The notes under the pieces were generated by a model, which had not been told where the DNA came from, searched no databases, and worked only from the letters and a program-made list of their open reading frames with translations. A DNA stretch of 56,146 bases from Candidatus Dojkabacteria bacterium (GTDB lineage: Bacteria > Patescibacteriota > Dojkabacteria > SC72 > JAFGCJ01): assembly GCA_016929645.1 (NCBI GenBank), contig JAFGIK010000036.1, positions 1-56,146 on the forward strand, given 5' to 3'. The translations under genes and the position numbers were made by a program. Position 1 is the first letter of the stretch, and each line of letters starts with the position of its first letter. This document shows, in pieces, positions 29,677-39,788 of this stretch.

Positions 29677-30132
29677 TTAAGCAATACCAAGCTTCTTTTT
29701 TCTAATATTATTGATAATCAAAACTGTAATAAAATAGACAAGAGAAAACATTACAAAGACAGCTACAAATATAATAATCGCTAAAAATACCAACCCCAAC
29801 CCATTGAAACCTCCCCAAAAATTCTGTAAATATTCATCCAAATCACAAGAATACACTGGAATATCAGTAGCATATGGACCACAAACACCACTATAAGACA
29901 TAAGATGTCCCATATAAAGAGTACCAATTACAAGAACATCGACAATCACAGGAATACTTAATGCAAGAAGAAAATAAGTCAATATCAGAAGAGCTATATT
30001 CAACCTTTTTGGGGAACTTTTACTGGAGCACGAAGCTGAAGAATCACAAGATATTTGAGAGTTATCTGCCATAATATTCCTAAAAAAGTTAGTTTTATGC
30101 CAGCCAAATACTCCTAATACTTCAGCATCCAT
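29677..30132 (-). CDS. hypothetical membrane protein
   Basis: Two TM helices flanking a Cys-containing loop; alternative start 30072. Confidence 0.65.
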   Translation of the reverse strand: MDAEVLGVFGWHKTNFFRNIMADNSQISCDSSASCSSKSSPKRLNIALLILTYFLLALSIPVIVDVLVIGTLYMGHLMSYSGVCGPYATDIPVYSCDLDEYLQNFWGGFNGLGLVFLAIIIFVAVFVMFSLVYFITVLIINNIRKKKLGIA

Positions 30133-30229
30133 AGTGGATTATTAATTATAAGTTTATCATACAAGGAAAACTTTTGATATAATCTCAAATATTTAACATT
30201 AAGAGAATAAGCCGATTCAGATATATACC

Positions 30230-30871
30230 ATGGAAAATCAATCCACTCTAAATGCAGTTTTTAGTATTTCTGAGCCCTTAAAGTCAGAAATCATTAAAAT
30301 TTCATTAGAAATTAAGGAAAAATACGGTTCAACCTGGTGGCTCGATAACAAACAATACTATCTTCATCTTCCGCTGTACCTTTTTGCATGCAATAAAAGC
30401 TCTGTTCCTAAAGCAATTGAAGCAGGTGAAAAATTTGCTGCAAAACTAGAACCTATTGAAGTCAAAGTCGAGGATTTATTTAAAAGCCATGGAGGACTGA
30501 TTATGATTAAGTTTTCCCTTCCTGAAAAGCTATATCAATACCATATTGAATCATTAGAAATATTCAACCCTATACGTAATGGATGCCTTAGAGACAAGAT
30601 GAAAAACAAAGAATTTCTTGAGAAGCTCTCAGACACCGAGCGCAAAAATATTGATGACTACGGACATATCTGGATCAAAGATAAGTACAGTCCCCATGTA
30701 ACAATAGCAAGAATCGAAGACGAATCAATAGCCAATGAAATTATCGACAAATACAAATTCAAATTCATAGGTAAAAAGGCTTTAATTGAAAGATTTCAGA
30801 TCCATGAAGCATTCTATGGTGTTGACGACAGGGTGGAATTGGCACTGGATGTGAAGATCGGCGGAAAATGA
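30230..30871 (+). CDS. 2H phosphoesterase (2'-5' RNA ligase superfamily)
   Basis: HLPL (degenerate) and PHVTI motifs. Confidence 0.7.
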   Translation: MENQSTLNAVFSISEPLKSEIIKISLEIKEKYGSTWWLDNKQYYLHLPLYLFACNKSSVPKAIEAGEKFAAKLEPIEVKVEDLFKSHGGLIMIKFSLPEKLYQYHIESLEIFNPIRNGCLRDKMKNKEFLEKLSDTERKNIDDYGHIWIKDKYSPHVTIARIEDESIANEIIDKYKFKFIGKKALIERFQIHEAFYGVDDRVELALDVKIGGK

Positions 30872-31189
30872 TCAAGGATAACAGTGATTTGATGGGATTT
30901 TATATCATCAGAAAACTATCTTTTGATATTGTTGCTACTCGACTATAAATTAAAGGCTTTTTCTCGATTAATTATTTCAGACTTAATTTCGTATCACTCA
31001 TATCCCCCAATTATGTCAAATTGAGGGAAACAAATCCCGCAATTTAACAAATTTGTGGGAATCATGAAACGATTAAGCATTTAATAATTGCATATTTCAA
31101 GACGACTAGACATTTTTTCAAGCAGCGCGAAAAGTTAAATGAAATTTATCGATACTCTTATCAACTTTTTAAACTAAATCCAACGTAAT

Positions 31190-32899
31190 TCAGCGAATAG
31201 ATATGCCAAGCGGACAGGGAACATTATCAGAAGTTTTTCCAACCCATAGCAATGAGGCTACTTGTGACAAGTCCGTAATACTTACATCATCAGGCGCTAA
31301 GAACGTTGTACCATCTAATTTAGTAACTACTAGTTGAAGCAACTGTGGATCATATTCTATTGTAATGTTTGAAGGTGTCTCAAATTCTATTAGTCCAAAT
31401 TTTTCATACCCACCACAAGCAAGCGTTAAGTTGGTATTTACTTGTCCCGCAGGGATAAAGCTAACATTGCTCGTATTTGCACTTGAAGCATTTCTATATA
31501 TTTCCGCCCCAGGAAAATAAAAGCTACCACTTATTGTTCCTGCATACCAATAACTCACAAGTTCTTCAATAGTTGTAATATCTGCCAAAAATGGGTTACC
31601 AGAAGATCTTACCATTTCTATCAAAACCTGATCAGCATCTACGTATATACTTTGGCCTCCATTAAGATAATATGCATTTGCATTTTCAACCTGCTTGGCA
31701 CGAATCTTATCAACATAATTGTAGACAAAGTTAGCATATGCATTTTGTAAATCGACTTCCGGTTGGAGAGTCTGCGACAACCAAATATAAAAACCCCATA
31801 AGCCATAGTTTTTATCCTGAATATCCAAATTCCCTTGCGCAGTAAACCATTCGACACTTTCAACAAAATGCCTACGTATTGATGGATTATTATTATATGC
31901 AAATTCGGTAAAATCCTGAGCTGGAATCTGCTGTAAATAATAAACAACCTCCATAGCTCTAGCCATGCTTTCTTCAATTTCTGGACGCGATCCACAAAAG
32001 TAAGTTTGAGGATCTGCCCAGTCATCTACTTTTGTTACATTACCCAAAACAGAAGTAAAGTACTTATGAATAAATTCATGGAGTAAAGTTGCAATCCATT
32101 CCTGTGACGATTCAGACGGTATTTGGCCATAATCTGTACTTACAATAATATACCCACCTCTAGCACAAGGCTTATTTGGATCTTTTGCATCAGAATATGT
32201 CCAATCCGTCATTGTTACAGCATTACCACCAGATTCCTTTTTTAAAAATATCTCTAATTTATCATCTTCTACTGGGTAAAGCGGTAAAGCTAACGATCCT
32301 TTCCAAAAACCAACCGCTTGCTCACTAGCTGATTGTATTGACTGTAAAAGACCTGCAGAGGCAGGATCTTGCGCATCATAATAAATACGAAAGTCAGGAG
32401 AATCAACAACTTTTGGCTCAACAAATGTTGAAATCTCCTCGCGTACACGATTGTAAGGCTCTACTGTCGAAACTGGACATTCACCAGCACACGGTGTGAA
32501 AGTCGGACGAGGAGTAGATGTTAACCTTATCGGAACTGTAGGTGTAGGAGTGAAAATTGAAGATTCTCGAGGAATAATATTAGTTGCAGTTGGAGATGGT
32601 CCTACACTAGGACCCGAAGTAGACACTCCACTCGGTTCAGACCCACATGAAGTTCCTAAAGTAAGCATAATCAAAGCAACAACAAAAGCTTTAGCAAGGC
32701 GATTATCGCAGATTGATCCTTTCAAATGATTTTGAGAAAGTCTTAGAAACCTTGTATAAAGATCAGGCAAAATTTGCAATAAATCATCACCAGCTTCAAA
32801 TATTTCTGCTACATAAGGATTAAAATCAGGCAAAATACCTTCTGTATAAGGATTTCTTTCGTATCCAATATTTAAGACATTTTCATTGATTTGAAGCAT
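31190..32899 (-). CDS. surface/lipoprotein zinc metallopeptidase
   Basis: Hydrophobic segment ending LGTSC, P/T-rich linker, LLHEFIH followed by EESMA (gluzincin-like). Confidence 0.6.
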   Translation of the reverse strand: MLQINENVLNIGYERNPYTEGILPDFNPYVAEIFEAGDDLLQILPDLYTRFLRLSQNHLKGSICDNRLAKAFVVALIMLTLGTSCGSEPSGVSTSGPSVGPSPTATNIIPRESSIFTPTPTVPIRLTSTPRPTFTPCAGECPVSTVEPYNRVREEISTFVEPKVVDSPDFRIYYDAQDPASAGLLQSIQSASEQAVGFWKGSLALPLYPVEDDKLEIFLKKESGGNAVTMTDWTYSDAKDPNKPCARGGYIIVSTDYGQIPSESSQEWIATLLHEFIHKYFTSVLGNVTKVDDWADPQTYFCGSRPEIEESMARAMEVVYYLQQIPAQDFTEFAYNNNPSIRRHFVESVEWFTAQGNLDIQDKNYGLWGFYIWLSQTLQPEVDLQNAYANFVYNYVDKIRAKQVENANAYYLNGGQSIYVDADQVLIEMVRSSGNPFLADITTIEELVSYWYAGTISGSFYFPGAEIYRNASSANTSNVSFIPAGQVNTNLTLACGGYEKFGLIEFETPSNITIEYDPQLLQLVVTKLDGTTFLAPDDVSITDLSQVASLLWVGKTSDNVPCPLGISIR

Positions 32900-33147
32900 A
32901 GCGCGATGATATCACAATATGCCCCATAAACATACATATTAGGTCTACAACGTATTGAGGCAGTCGCACTATGTAAAAACTATTTTTCCCTAATATTGAC
33001 AGAATAATCTTACATGTTAAGGCGTATGAATATAAGTGGAAGTTCTTATTTAAGATTCCAGATTTAGATTAATTGATGTCCGATTCCAAAAGCTCGGAAT
33101 AAGCTTTAGCTTTGGGAATAAGCGATAAAATTGTTTAACAAAACAAC

Positions 33148-33165
33148 ATCGGGCTAGCCGGACTC
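33148..33165 (-). repeat. partial duplicate of the tRNA-Pro 3' end (att-like direct repeat)
   Basis: ATCGGGCTAGCCGGACTC matches ATCGGGGTAGCCGGACTC at 33320-33337 at 17/18 positions. Confidence 0.7.
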
Positions 33166-33282
33166 AGTCTCTTCATATTAATCTTTTATTGTAAGACATA
33201 CGTAACTGTAAGCTCGTTGCATTCGTCACTCGCTAACCAGTATACGGAAACCGGCTTCGCCGGTGTTATTCCATATACTCGT

Positions 33283-33321
33283 ATATGTTTGAAAATACAA
33301 ACTTTGTATTTTCAAACATAT
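33283..33321. repeat. perfect 19-bp inverted repeat directly 3' of tRNA-Pro
   Basis: ATATGTTTGAAAATACAAA-C-TTTGTATTTTCAAACATAT. Confidence 0.85.
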
Positions 33322-33394
33322 CGGGGTAGCCGGACTCGAACCGGCGACCTCACGTACCCGAAACGTGCGCTCTAGCCAACTGAGCTATACCCCG
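33321..33394 (-). tRNA. trnP: tRNA-Pro(CGG)
   Basis: Minus strand CGGGGTATAGCTCAGTTGGCTAGAGCGCACGT-TTCGGGT-ACGTGAGGTCGCCGGTTCGAGTCCGGCTACCCCGA. Confidence 0.95.
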
Positions 33395-33542
33395 AATATG
33401 ATGAATTTTCACACTATTATAACACTAAAATATTGTTACTTAATTGCCTAGATACGCGTACTATAAGGTATCGAATACCCCATAAGGGTGATTCATTAAA
33501 AACCAAAAGACTTGAGAAATCTTTCAGAAAAGGAGATATAAC

Positions 33543-33914
33543 ATGGGAAAGAGAATGTTGCAAAAAATCGGTCTGGGAGGAGTTTTTTTCCTCCTTTGCA
33601 TCATCGGGCTCATACTGGCAGACACATTTGGCATCCTGCCAAGAAAAACCGATATTACGGCAACACCTCCGGTTTTACGGAGTACTAGTTACTCGTGGCA
33701 ACGAGTAGAAACGCAACAGTACCTCCTGGAACCCGGCAAAACAATGGAATTTCAAAGTCAGGGAGAAGTCTTCTCCATGACAAATTCCACGAATGCCGGA
33801 CTAATCTGCGCAAGATGCGAAAGCATCGCAGACGGGAGGATAAAAGTTAACGGAAAAATAGTTGGTTCATATTCGCAATCAGAGGAGGATTTTATAATTT
33901 CAATAATAAAGTAA
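33543..33914 (+). CDS. small membrane-anchored/secreted hypothetical protein
   Basis: AAAGGAG RBS-like motif before ATG, N-terminal TM helix. Confidence 0.65.
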   Translation: MGKRMLQKIGLGGVFFLLCIIGLILADTFGILPRKTDITATPPVLRSTSYSWQRVETQQYLLEPGKTMEFQSQGEVFSMTNSTNAGLICARCESIADGRIKVNGKIVGSYSQSEEDFIISIIK

Positions 33915-34034
33915 AATCCCGCCACAATCCAATGTAAACCATATTTTCAAAACAAAACTCAAGTCTTTTGGTTTACATTCCTTGATATTCAGAGAAAACG
34001 CCAGAGATCGAAAACCATCAAATACGTAATCAAA

Positions 34035-36668
34035 CTACATTCTCTCCAAAACCTTAATTCCAAGAACCGTTAATCCACGCTTAATCACCCTTGTTACTAA
34101 TTCAGAAATTGCAATTCTAAGGGATTTTTCAGAACCCATAGCTTCACCCAAACTCTCATGTTCATAGAAATTGTTGAATTTCGAAGAAATCTCAAACAAA
34201 TATTCAGCCAATATATTCGGTGCATAATTGTTTGCAGCTTCTAGTACGATTTTAGGATATTTTAATAATGAAATTATCAAATCCCGATCTATCTGGCTAA
34301 TACTTGAAGACACATCAGACGATAGTCTAGCAACATTATTAATATTTTTTTCATTAAATCCACTTTCAAGAACGTTTCGTAAAACGTTTCTAGCCCTGGA
34401 ATAAGAATACATCACATAAGGCCCACTCTTACCAGTAAATGACAAGGCCTCATCTTTATCAAAAACAATATTTTTATAGGGATCTTTGGACAGAAACTGA
34501 TATCTCAAGGCCCCAATACCAACGTCCTCAGCAATAGATTCTTCTTGTTCTGCACTTAACTTTATATTACTTTTTCTCTTCTTCATAACTTCAAGTGCAG
34601 CAGCATGCATCATATCCAAAAATGAATCTGCCGTAGTGTCGCCACTTCTAGAACTCACTTTTTTCCCATCTTTTCCTACAACCATACCATAAGCAAAATG
34701 GTAAACCCTATCAACTGACAAAATTTTTAGACTATCAAGAAGGGCAAAAAGCTTATGAAAATGCGATATTTGCTCATTACCAACAACCCATATCGCCTTC
34801 CAGGGATTAAATTTATCTATCTTCTGTAGAGTCAGGAAAATATCCTGCGTATGATACAAACTTGTCCCATCCGATCGTAACAATATAACATCATCAACAC
34901 CATACTTTTCCTTTAAACGACCAATAACCGCACCATCAGGAAGTTTTTCAATGACACCATTGCCAAGATGGTTTAAAATAATATCTTTTCCTTTTTTATA
35001 AACATCACTTTCAAGCCAAAGATGACCACGCTCTTCATCAAGTCTACTCAACGTAGATACATGTCCATCAAATGCCCACTTAATAACCTTTTTCCACAAT
35101 TCCATCACTTCAGGAACTCCAGACTCCCAGTCAATAAGCATTTGATCCATCTCTTTTTTATCTTTTTCTTCACTCTTATAGTGCTTGATACCTATCCTGT
35201 AATATTTCCCAACGAAATGATCTGACTTAAGGCCCTCGTCTTCAGGAGTTTTACCCTTAGAAAAGTTTTTTATTGCCCACATAGCCTGACAGATCTTTAT
35301 TCCTCGATCGTTAATCAAATTATCAACATCTACATTGAATCCAGTTTTAGAGAAAAGGCGAGTTAAAGCCCTTCCTATAAACAAATTTAATAAGTGACCA
35401 ACATGTGCAGGAGCATTTGGATTAATTGATGGACTTTCAACCAACATATTTTTATCTTTACCTACTGATGAATCACCATATTTTTCTCCTTTTTCTAAAG
35501 CATCATTTAACTCTTTAATAATAAATTCATTATTTAATGAAAAATTAATGAACCCATTTGGAGCAACAGAAATTGAAGCAAATGTATTAATTAACTCTTT
35601 TTCCCCATCAATAAACTCGACTATATCGCTTGCAATTTCCCTTGGAGCTTTTTTTAAATCCCCTGCCAATAGCATCGCAACATTACAAGAAAAATCTCCA
35701 AACTGAGGATTCTGAGATGTAGCTAGACTTATATTAGCAACACCCTCAACTTGGTTTTTAATTAAAAATTCATTAATTCGAGACATAATCAAATTATGAA
35801 TTCTGCTTTGAAACTGTGTTTCATCAATCAAACCCATGGATTGGACTTTCCTCTTAAGAAAATCATGTTTTGCTCCCACAGGATTGATATTTTCTTTATC
35901 TGATAATGTTTTTTTAAGGTTTTCTTCTATATCGATGTCATTAACATCTTTAGTTTCGTAATCAATTTCAATTGAAAGATTGTCTTTGTTCAAAACAGAA
36001 ATTTCTACAGTAGCACCAAATTTAGACTCAAGATCAGAGGAAAAATCCTTAACGACTTTTTCTACATTCACTCCATCAATAGACGAAAAAGTTTCAATAA
36101 TAAAATAAGCGTCCTTAGTCTTCTTTGTAATTTTTGTCCTATCGCTTTGCCTCCAGTTCCACATTCTACAGGTAACAGAGTGTTTATCTACCCACACGAT
36201 CTCCCCTTTTGAAGGTATCTCAATCTTAGAGCTTGCAATTCCAACATATTTATCATTACCATCGGAAAATCTGAGCTCCAGATCTCCATAAACCTGGGCT
36301 AAATCTTCTCCACCAAACGGAAGTCCATACTTGAGAGAATACCAGTTATAAAGATTCACAACAGGATTGATATTAGGAAGACGTTGCCCTTTTATTATTC
36401 TTTTAATCAAAGCAATATGAGAAGATTTAAATTTGTCTGATTTTAGACCTGCATTTTGGGCTAACTTTGATATCACATCAGACCATACACTAAATCGACT
36501 TTCTTTTAAAATGTCATTATTATCATTTTTCAGATTGGAATAAGTCTTATCAATACGATCGTTAATCCACTTCCCTGGGATCTCATTATTAAGACCTCTT
36601 GCAATAACAATATACTCACACAAATCTGGAAATCTCTTAATAATATCAGGCGAAAGTTTAAACTCCAT
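34035..36668 (-). CDS. argS: arginyl-tRNA synthetase with N-terminal B3/B4 (PheT/CtdA-like) domain
   Basis: ArgRS: FGDFSCNVAM, NGFINF, HVGH (HIGH), LLRSDGTSLY, KVSSR (KMSK-like), GKSGPYVMYSYSR DALR domain, LERM C-terminus; residues about 1-235: LPNINPVVNLYN...GGED...GEIVW.D...CRMWNWRQ. Confidence 0.93.
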   Translation of the reverse strand: MEFKLSPDIIKRFPDLCEYIVIARGLNNEIPGKWINDRIDKTYSNLKNDNNDILKESRFSVWSDVISKLAQNAGLKSDKFKSSHIALIKRIIKGQRLPNINPVVNLYNWYSLKYGLPFGGEDLAQVYGDLELRFSDGNDKYVGIASSKIEIPSKGEIVWVDKHSVTCRMWNWRQSDRTKITKKTKDAYFIIETFSSIDGVNVEKVVKDFSSDLESKFGATVEISVLNKDNLSIEIDYETKDVNDIDIEENLKKTLSDKENINPVGAKHDFLKRKVQSMGLIDETQFQSRIHNLIMSRINEFLIKNQVEGVANISLATSQNPQFGDFSCNVAMLLAGDLKKAPREIASDIVEFIDGEKELINTFASISVAPNGFINFSLNNEFIIKELNDALEKGEKYGDSSVGKDKNMLVESPSINPNAPAHVGHLLNLFIGRALTRLFSKTGFNVDVDNLINDRGIKICQAMWAIKNFSKGKTPEDEGLKSDHFVGKYYRIGIKHYKSEEKDKKEMDQMLIDWESGVPEVMELWKKVIKWAFDGHVSTLSRLDEERGHLWLESDVYKKGKDIILNHLGNGVIEKLPDGAVIGRLKEKYGVDDVILLRSDGTSLYHTQDIFLTLQKIDKFNPWKAIWVVGNEQISHFHKLFALLDSLKILSVDRVYHFAYGMVVGKDGKKVSSRSGDTTADSFLDMMHAAALEVMKKRKSNIKLSAEQEESIAEDVGIGALRYQFLSKDPYKNIVFDKDEALSFTGKSGPYVMYSYSRARNVLRNVLESGFNEKNINNVARLSSDVSSSISQIDRDLIISLLKYPKIVLEAANNYAPNILAEYLFEISSKFNNFYEHESLGEAMGSEKSLRIAISELVTRVIKRGLTVLGIKVLERM

Positions 36669-36697
36669 GACTACAAAAAATTATATCAAAATAAAAT

Positions 36698-36771
<74 letters not shown>

Positions 36772-36912
36772 ATCACACATATCCTTATACCAATACGAAA
36801 AACTCAATACACCACTAATTATATCATTACTTACCTATACAAAAGCAATTCAAACAAATCATCTTCAAACTGCTGTTCAAAAATACCAAAAGTGAAACAA
36901 TAAATTCAAAAA

Positions 36913-36985
36913 CGCACCTGGCAGGATTCGAACCAGCAACCTTTGGTTCCGCAAACCAATGCTCTATCCATTAAGCTACAGGTGC
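36913..36985 (-). tRNA. trnR: tRNA-Arg(GCG)
   Basis: GCACCTG acceptor; anticodon arm TTGGT-TTGCGGA-ACCAA; T arm GCTGG-TTCGAAT-CCTGC. Confidence 0.92.
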
Positions 36986-37098
36986 AAAAATACCAGAAAG
37001 GAATAATAAACAAATTAAATTTTAAGGAACTAGCCCGAGGGAAACATAATCCAAAAGTAACAAAATATATCATGTTACAAAAAAGTACTTTTACAACA

Positions 37099-37172
37099 CG
37101 CACCCGAGGGGATTCGAACCTCTAACCTACTGCTTAGAAGGCAATTGCTCTATCCAATTGAGCTACGGGTGC
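37099..37172 (-). tRNA. trnR: tRNA-Arg(TCT)
   Basis: GCACCCG acceptor; anticodon arm ATTGC-CTTCTAA-GCAGT; T arm AGAGG-TTCGAAT-CCCCT. Confidence 0.93.
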
Positions 37173-37327
37173 ATTAAAAGTGCTATCAAACGAATAGTAT
37201 TTTACCACGAAATGAGCAAATTACTAAGACAAAAAGACAACGGTCATTAACAGACCTGCATATTTCACCAAAATATTAAAATTTTGTCAAAAAAATATCA
37301 ACACACAACAATATGGGCTAGTATTAT

Positions 37328-38278
37328 TCAGTAGCGTTGCCAGCTTAATCCATCGGTTTTTACCCTAATAGTACCTTCAAAATCAGTCCTCAGGTAATCA
37401 ATATCCAGAGAATCAAAGGTCTCAAGCGTTTCTTCGTGCGGATGGCCAAACTTATTATCTTTGCCACAACTACAGATAACAAGATCAGGATTCGTTTTCT
37501 CCAGAAATGCCTGACTGCTAGCAGTTTTAGAGCAATGATGCCCTGCTTTTAGAACATCAATATCATCGAATTCCAGAGAATTTGTTGAAGACAAAAGCTC
37601 TGATTCCACCTCATTTTCCGCATCTCCCATCAACAAAAGGTTAAAATCTCCAAAAGTCACCAACAATACGATAGAGTCATTATTTACATTTTCGTCAAAT
37701 GATAAACAACGACTAATCTGACAAGTTTTCATGCCTTTTGAAGCATAATTCATGGAAATAGAAGTAGATAAACCTGCATCATTAATCCCATATTCGCCAG
37801 AGTACTGACAAGTCACTGGCCACAACACTCGAAACCGAACCCCATCGATATCAATTGAAAATGTATTTTCAACGAGCTTTATACTAATATCCTTGTCGCA
37901 AACATATTTTAAAAAAATCTCAAAATATAAACTTTCATAAACAACAGGATTCAACCATACTTCAGAAATATCGTAAAACCTAATCACATCGATAAGTCCA
38001 CCAATATGGTCCAGATGAGGATGAGTTAACACAACAATATCAATTTTCTTTGATCCAAAAGGTATTTCATCTGCTAAAGAATATAGAGTTTCGGCATTTT
38101 CTCCGCCATCTACAAGTATTCGTTTGTGGCAGGGCGATTCGATTAAAATCGAATCGCCCTGCCCTACATCCAAAAAAGAAACCTTCAAAAAAGAACTTCC
38201 AAAACTAGAAATCAGGTTAAACAATAAATAAATCATAATTCCTGCAAGCGACACTTTTTTTTCTAGATCAATTTTCAT
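37328..38278 (-). CDS. ComEC C-terminal metallo-beta-lactamase domain protein (stand-alone)
   Basis: FLDVGQGDSILI, THPHLDHIGG, NNDSIV, LMGDAE, KAGHH, FGHPH. Confidence 0.92.
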   Translation of the reverse strand: MKIDLEKKVSLAGIMIYLLFNLISSFGSSFLKVSFLDVGQGDSILIESPCHKRILVDGGENAETLYSLADEIPFGSKKIDIVVLTHPHLDHIGGLIDVIRFYDISEVWLNPVVYESLYFEIFLKYVCDKDISIKLVENTFSIDIDGVRFRVLWPVTCQYSGEYGINDAGLSTSISMNYASKGMKTCQISRCLSFDENVNNDSIVLLVTFGDFNLLLMGDAENEVESELLSSTNSLEFDDIDVLKAGHHCSKTASSQAFLEKTNPDLVICSCGKDNKFGHPHEETLETFDSLDIDYLRTDFEGTIRVKTDGLSWQRY

Positions 38279-39788
38279 TTAGTGAATAATCCTTATGAAA
38301 ATTTAAAATAAAGCAAAATATCAGAAAATAACAAAAAATAGCGTGTGGTGTTTTGAACCATGTTATTTGAATCACGGTTACAGGGAGAGTAGACACAAAC
38401 TCCAATATCTTTATAAACAAATCAGTATAAATCCATGCGAAAAAACAAGGAATAAACGATAACGGACAAAACATGATATTAACAAGCAAAACGGCAGCAC
38501 AACAAAACACAATACCGTCGCACAAGGAAAATACTAAAAGATTAGCAATCAATCCAACGACTGACAAAACCCCAAAATTAACAATGCATATAGGCGTTGT
38601 CAACAAAAAGGCAGATAAGGTTATTGCAATTTGCTCGCAAAAAACAAGATTCTTAAAAGCTCTAAGTTGCAATAACACCGGAGACAAAAACACAATACCT
38701 ATTACTGAACAATAAGATAATTGAAAACCCAAATCAAAAATAATCTCAGGATTTATAAGCACATGAAGTGCGGCACAGATAATTACCAATAGTTGCGAAT
38801 CGACTTTATAACCCAATAATAACGCTACATTTCTAATAACCATAGAAATGAAAGCTCGTTGCAAGGATGCACCAAATCCCGCCACTAAACAAAAAACAAA
38901 AGCCATTACAGAACCTAAAAACAATCGATATTTACGATTAATCATGAATAAATAACCTGACATTGACGACACTAATTCCAAATTAGAACCCGATGCTGCA
39001 ATCAAATGAGTCGTACCAGTAACCCAGAGAATATTACTAAACGATTCTGAAACATCTTCTTGAACACCACTAACAAAACCCATCGCTAACGATGCATGAG
39101 GCTCTGGTAAACTGGATTCATAGATGTTTAGCAGATACAGTCTTGTGTTGCTAACCGTGTTATATTTTCCTGAATCAGCTTTGCTTACAAGTGTAGCTTT
39201 GTAAGGATAGTACATAACCATGTCTAAACCATGATTATGCAAATAATTCTTATACTTAGAATCGAAATCCAATGCATCTACATCTTGAACAATCCCATCA
39301 AATTTAATAATATCGCCTATCCTATAGAGCGGATACTTGTCCGCATATACTAGAAGGTTGCAACTAGCAGGATTCTAATAATTTACTAAATTTGGATCTT
39401 CAATTAAATCATTAGCAGTAGAACTGTCAGTAATTCTTATAACATTCAATTTTATCAGTTGTTTATCTAATTTTTCTTCAGGCTCAGATGAAATATAGCC
39501 AATAACTGCATTTGAACTGCCTAAATACTTATCATATAAAGATAAATCACATAGATCTTCAGATCTAAATGTAAATAAAGAACGAACAAGAAATATAAGC
39601 ATGCCCAAGCCCAAAAACAGCAGAAACCGATAAGTTTTACGAAAAACTAAGCCTGCTAATATGATAAAAATGCATAATACCGCAAGGATTTGCTTACCTA
39701 AAATTACTGACAAAAGAATCCCAAAACTTACAAGCAGTACTGGAACCTTCTCTATATATCTCAACAAATTTAAGAATTTCACAAGCAT
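38268..39788 (-). pseudogene. comEC: comEC (OB + competence TM domains) interrupted by a single in-frame TAG at 39375-39377
   Basis: Track ORFs 39375-39788 and 38268-39272 are in the same frame; the gap reads NY*NPASCNLLVYADKYPLYRIGDIIKFDG (OB-domain YxxGD motif); GTTHLIAASGSN and GFQLSY competence motifs. Confidence 0.75.

Noticed and set aside
33166-33320. tRNA intron or split tRNA-Pro
   Set aside because: The tRNA at 33321-33394 is complete on its own, and the insert is short with no recognisable group I core
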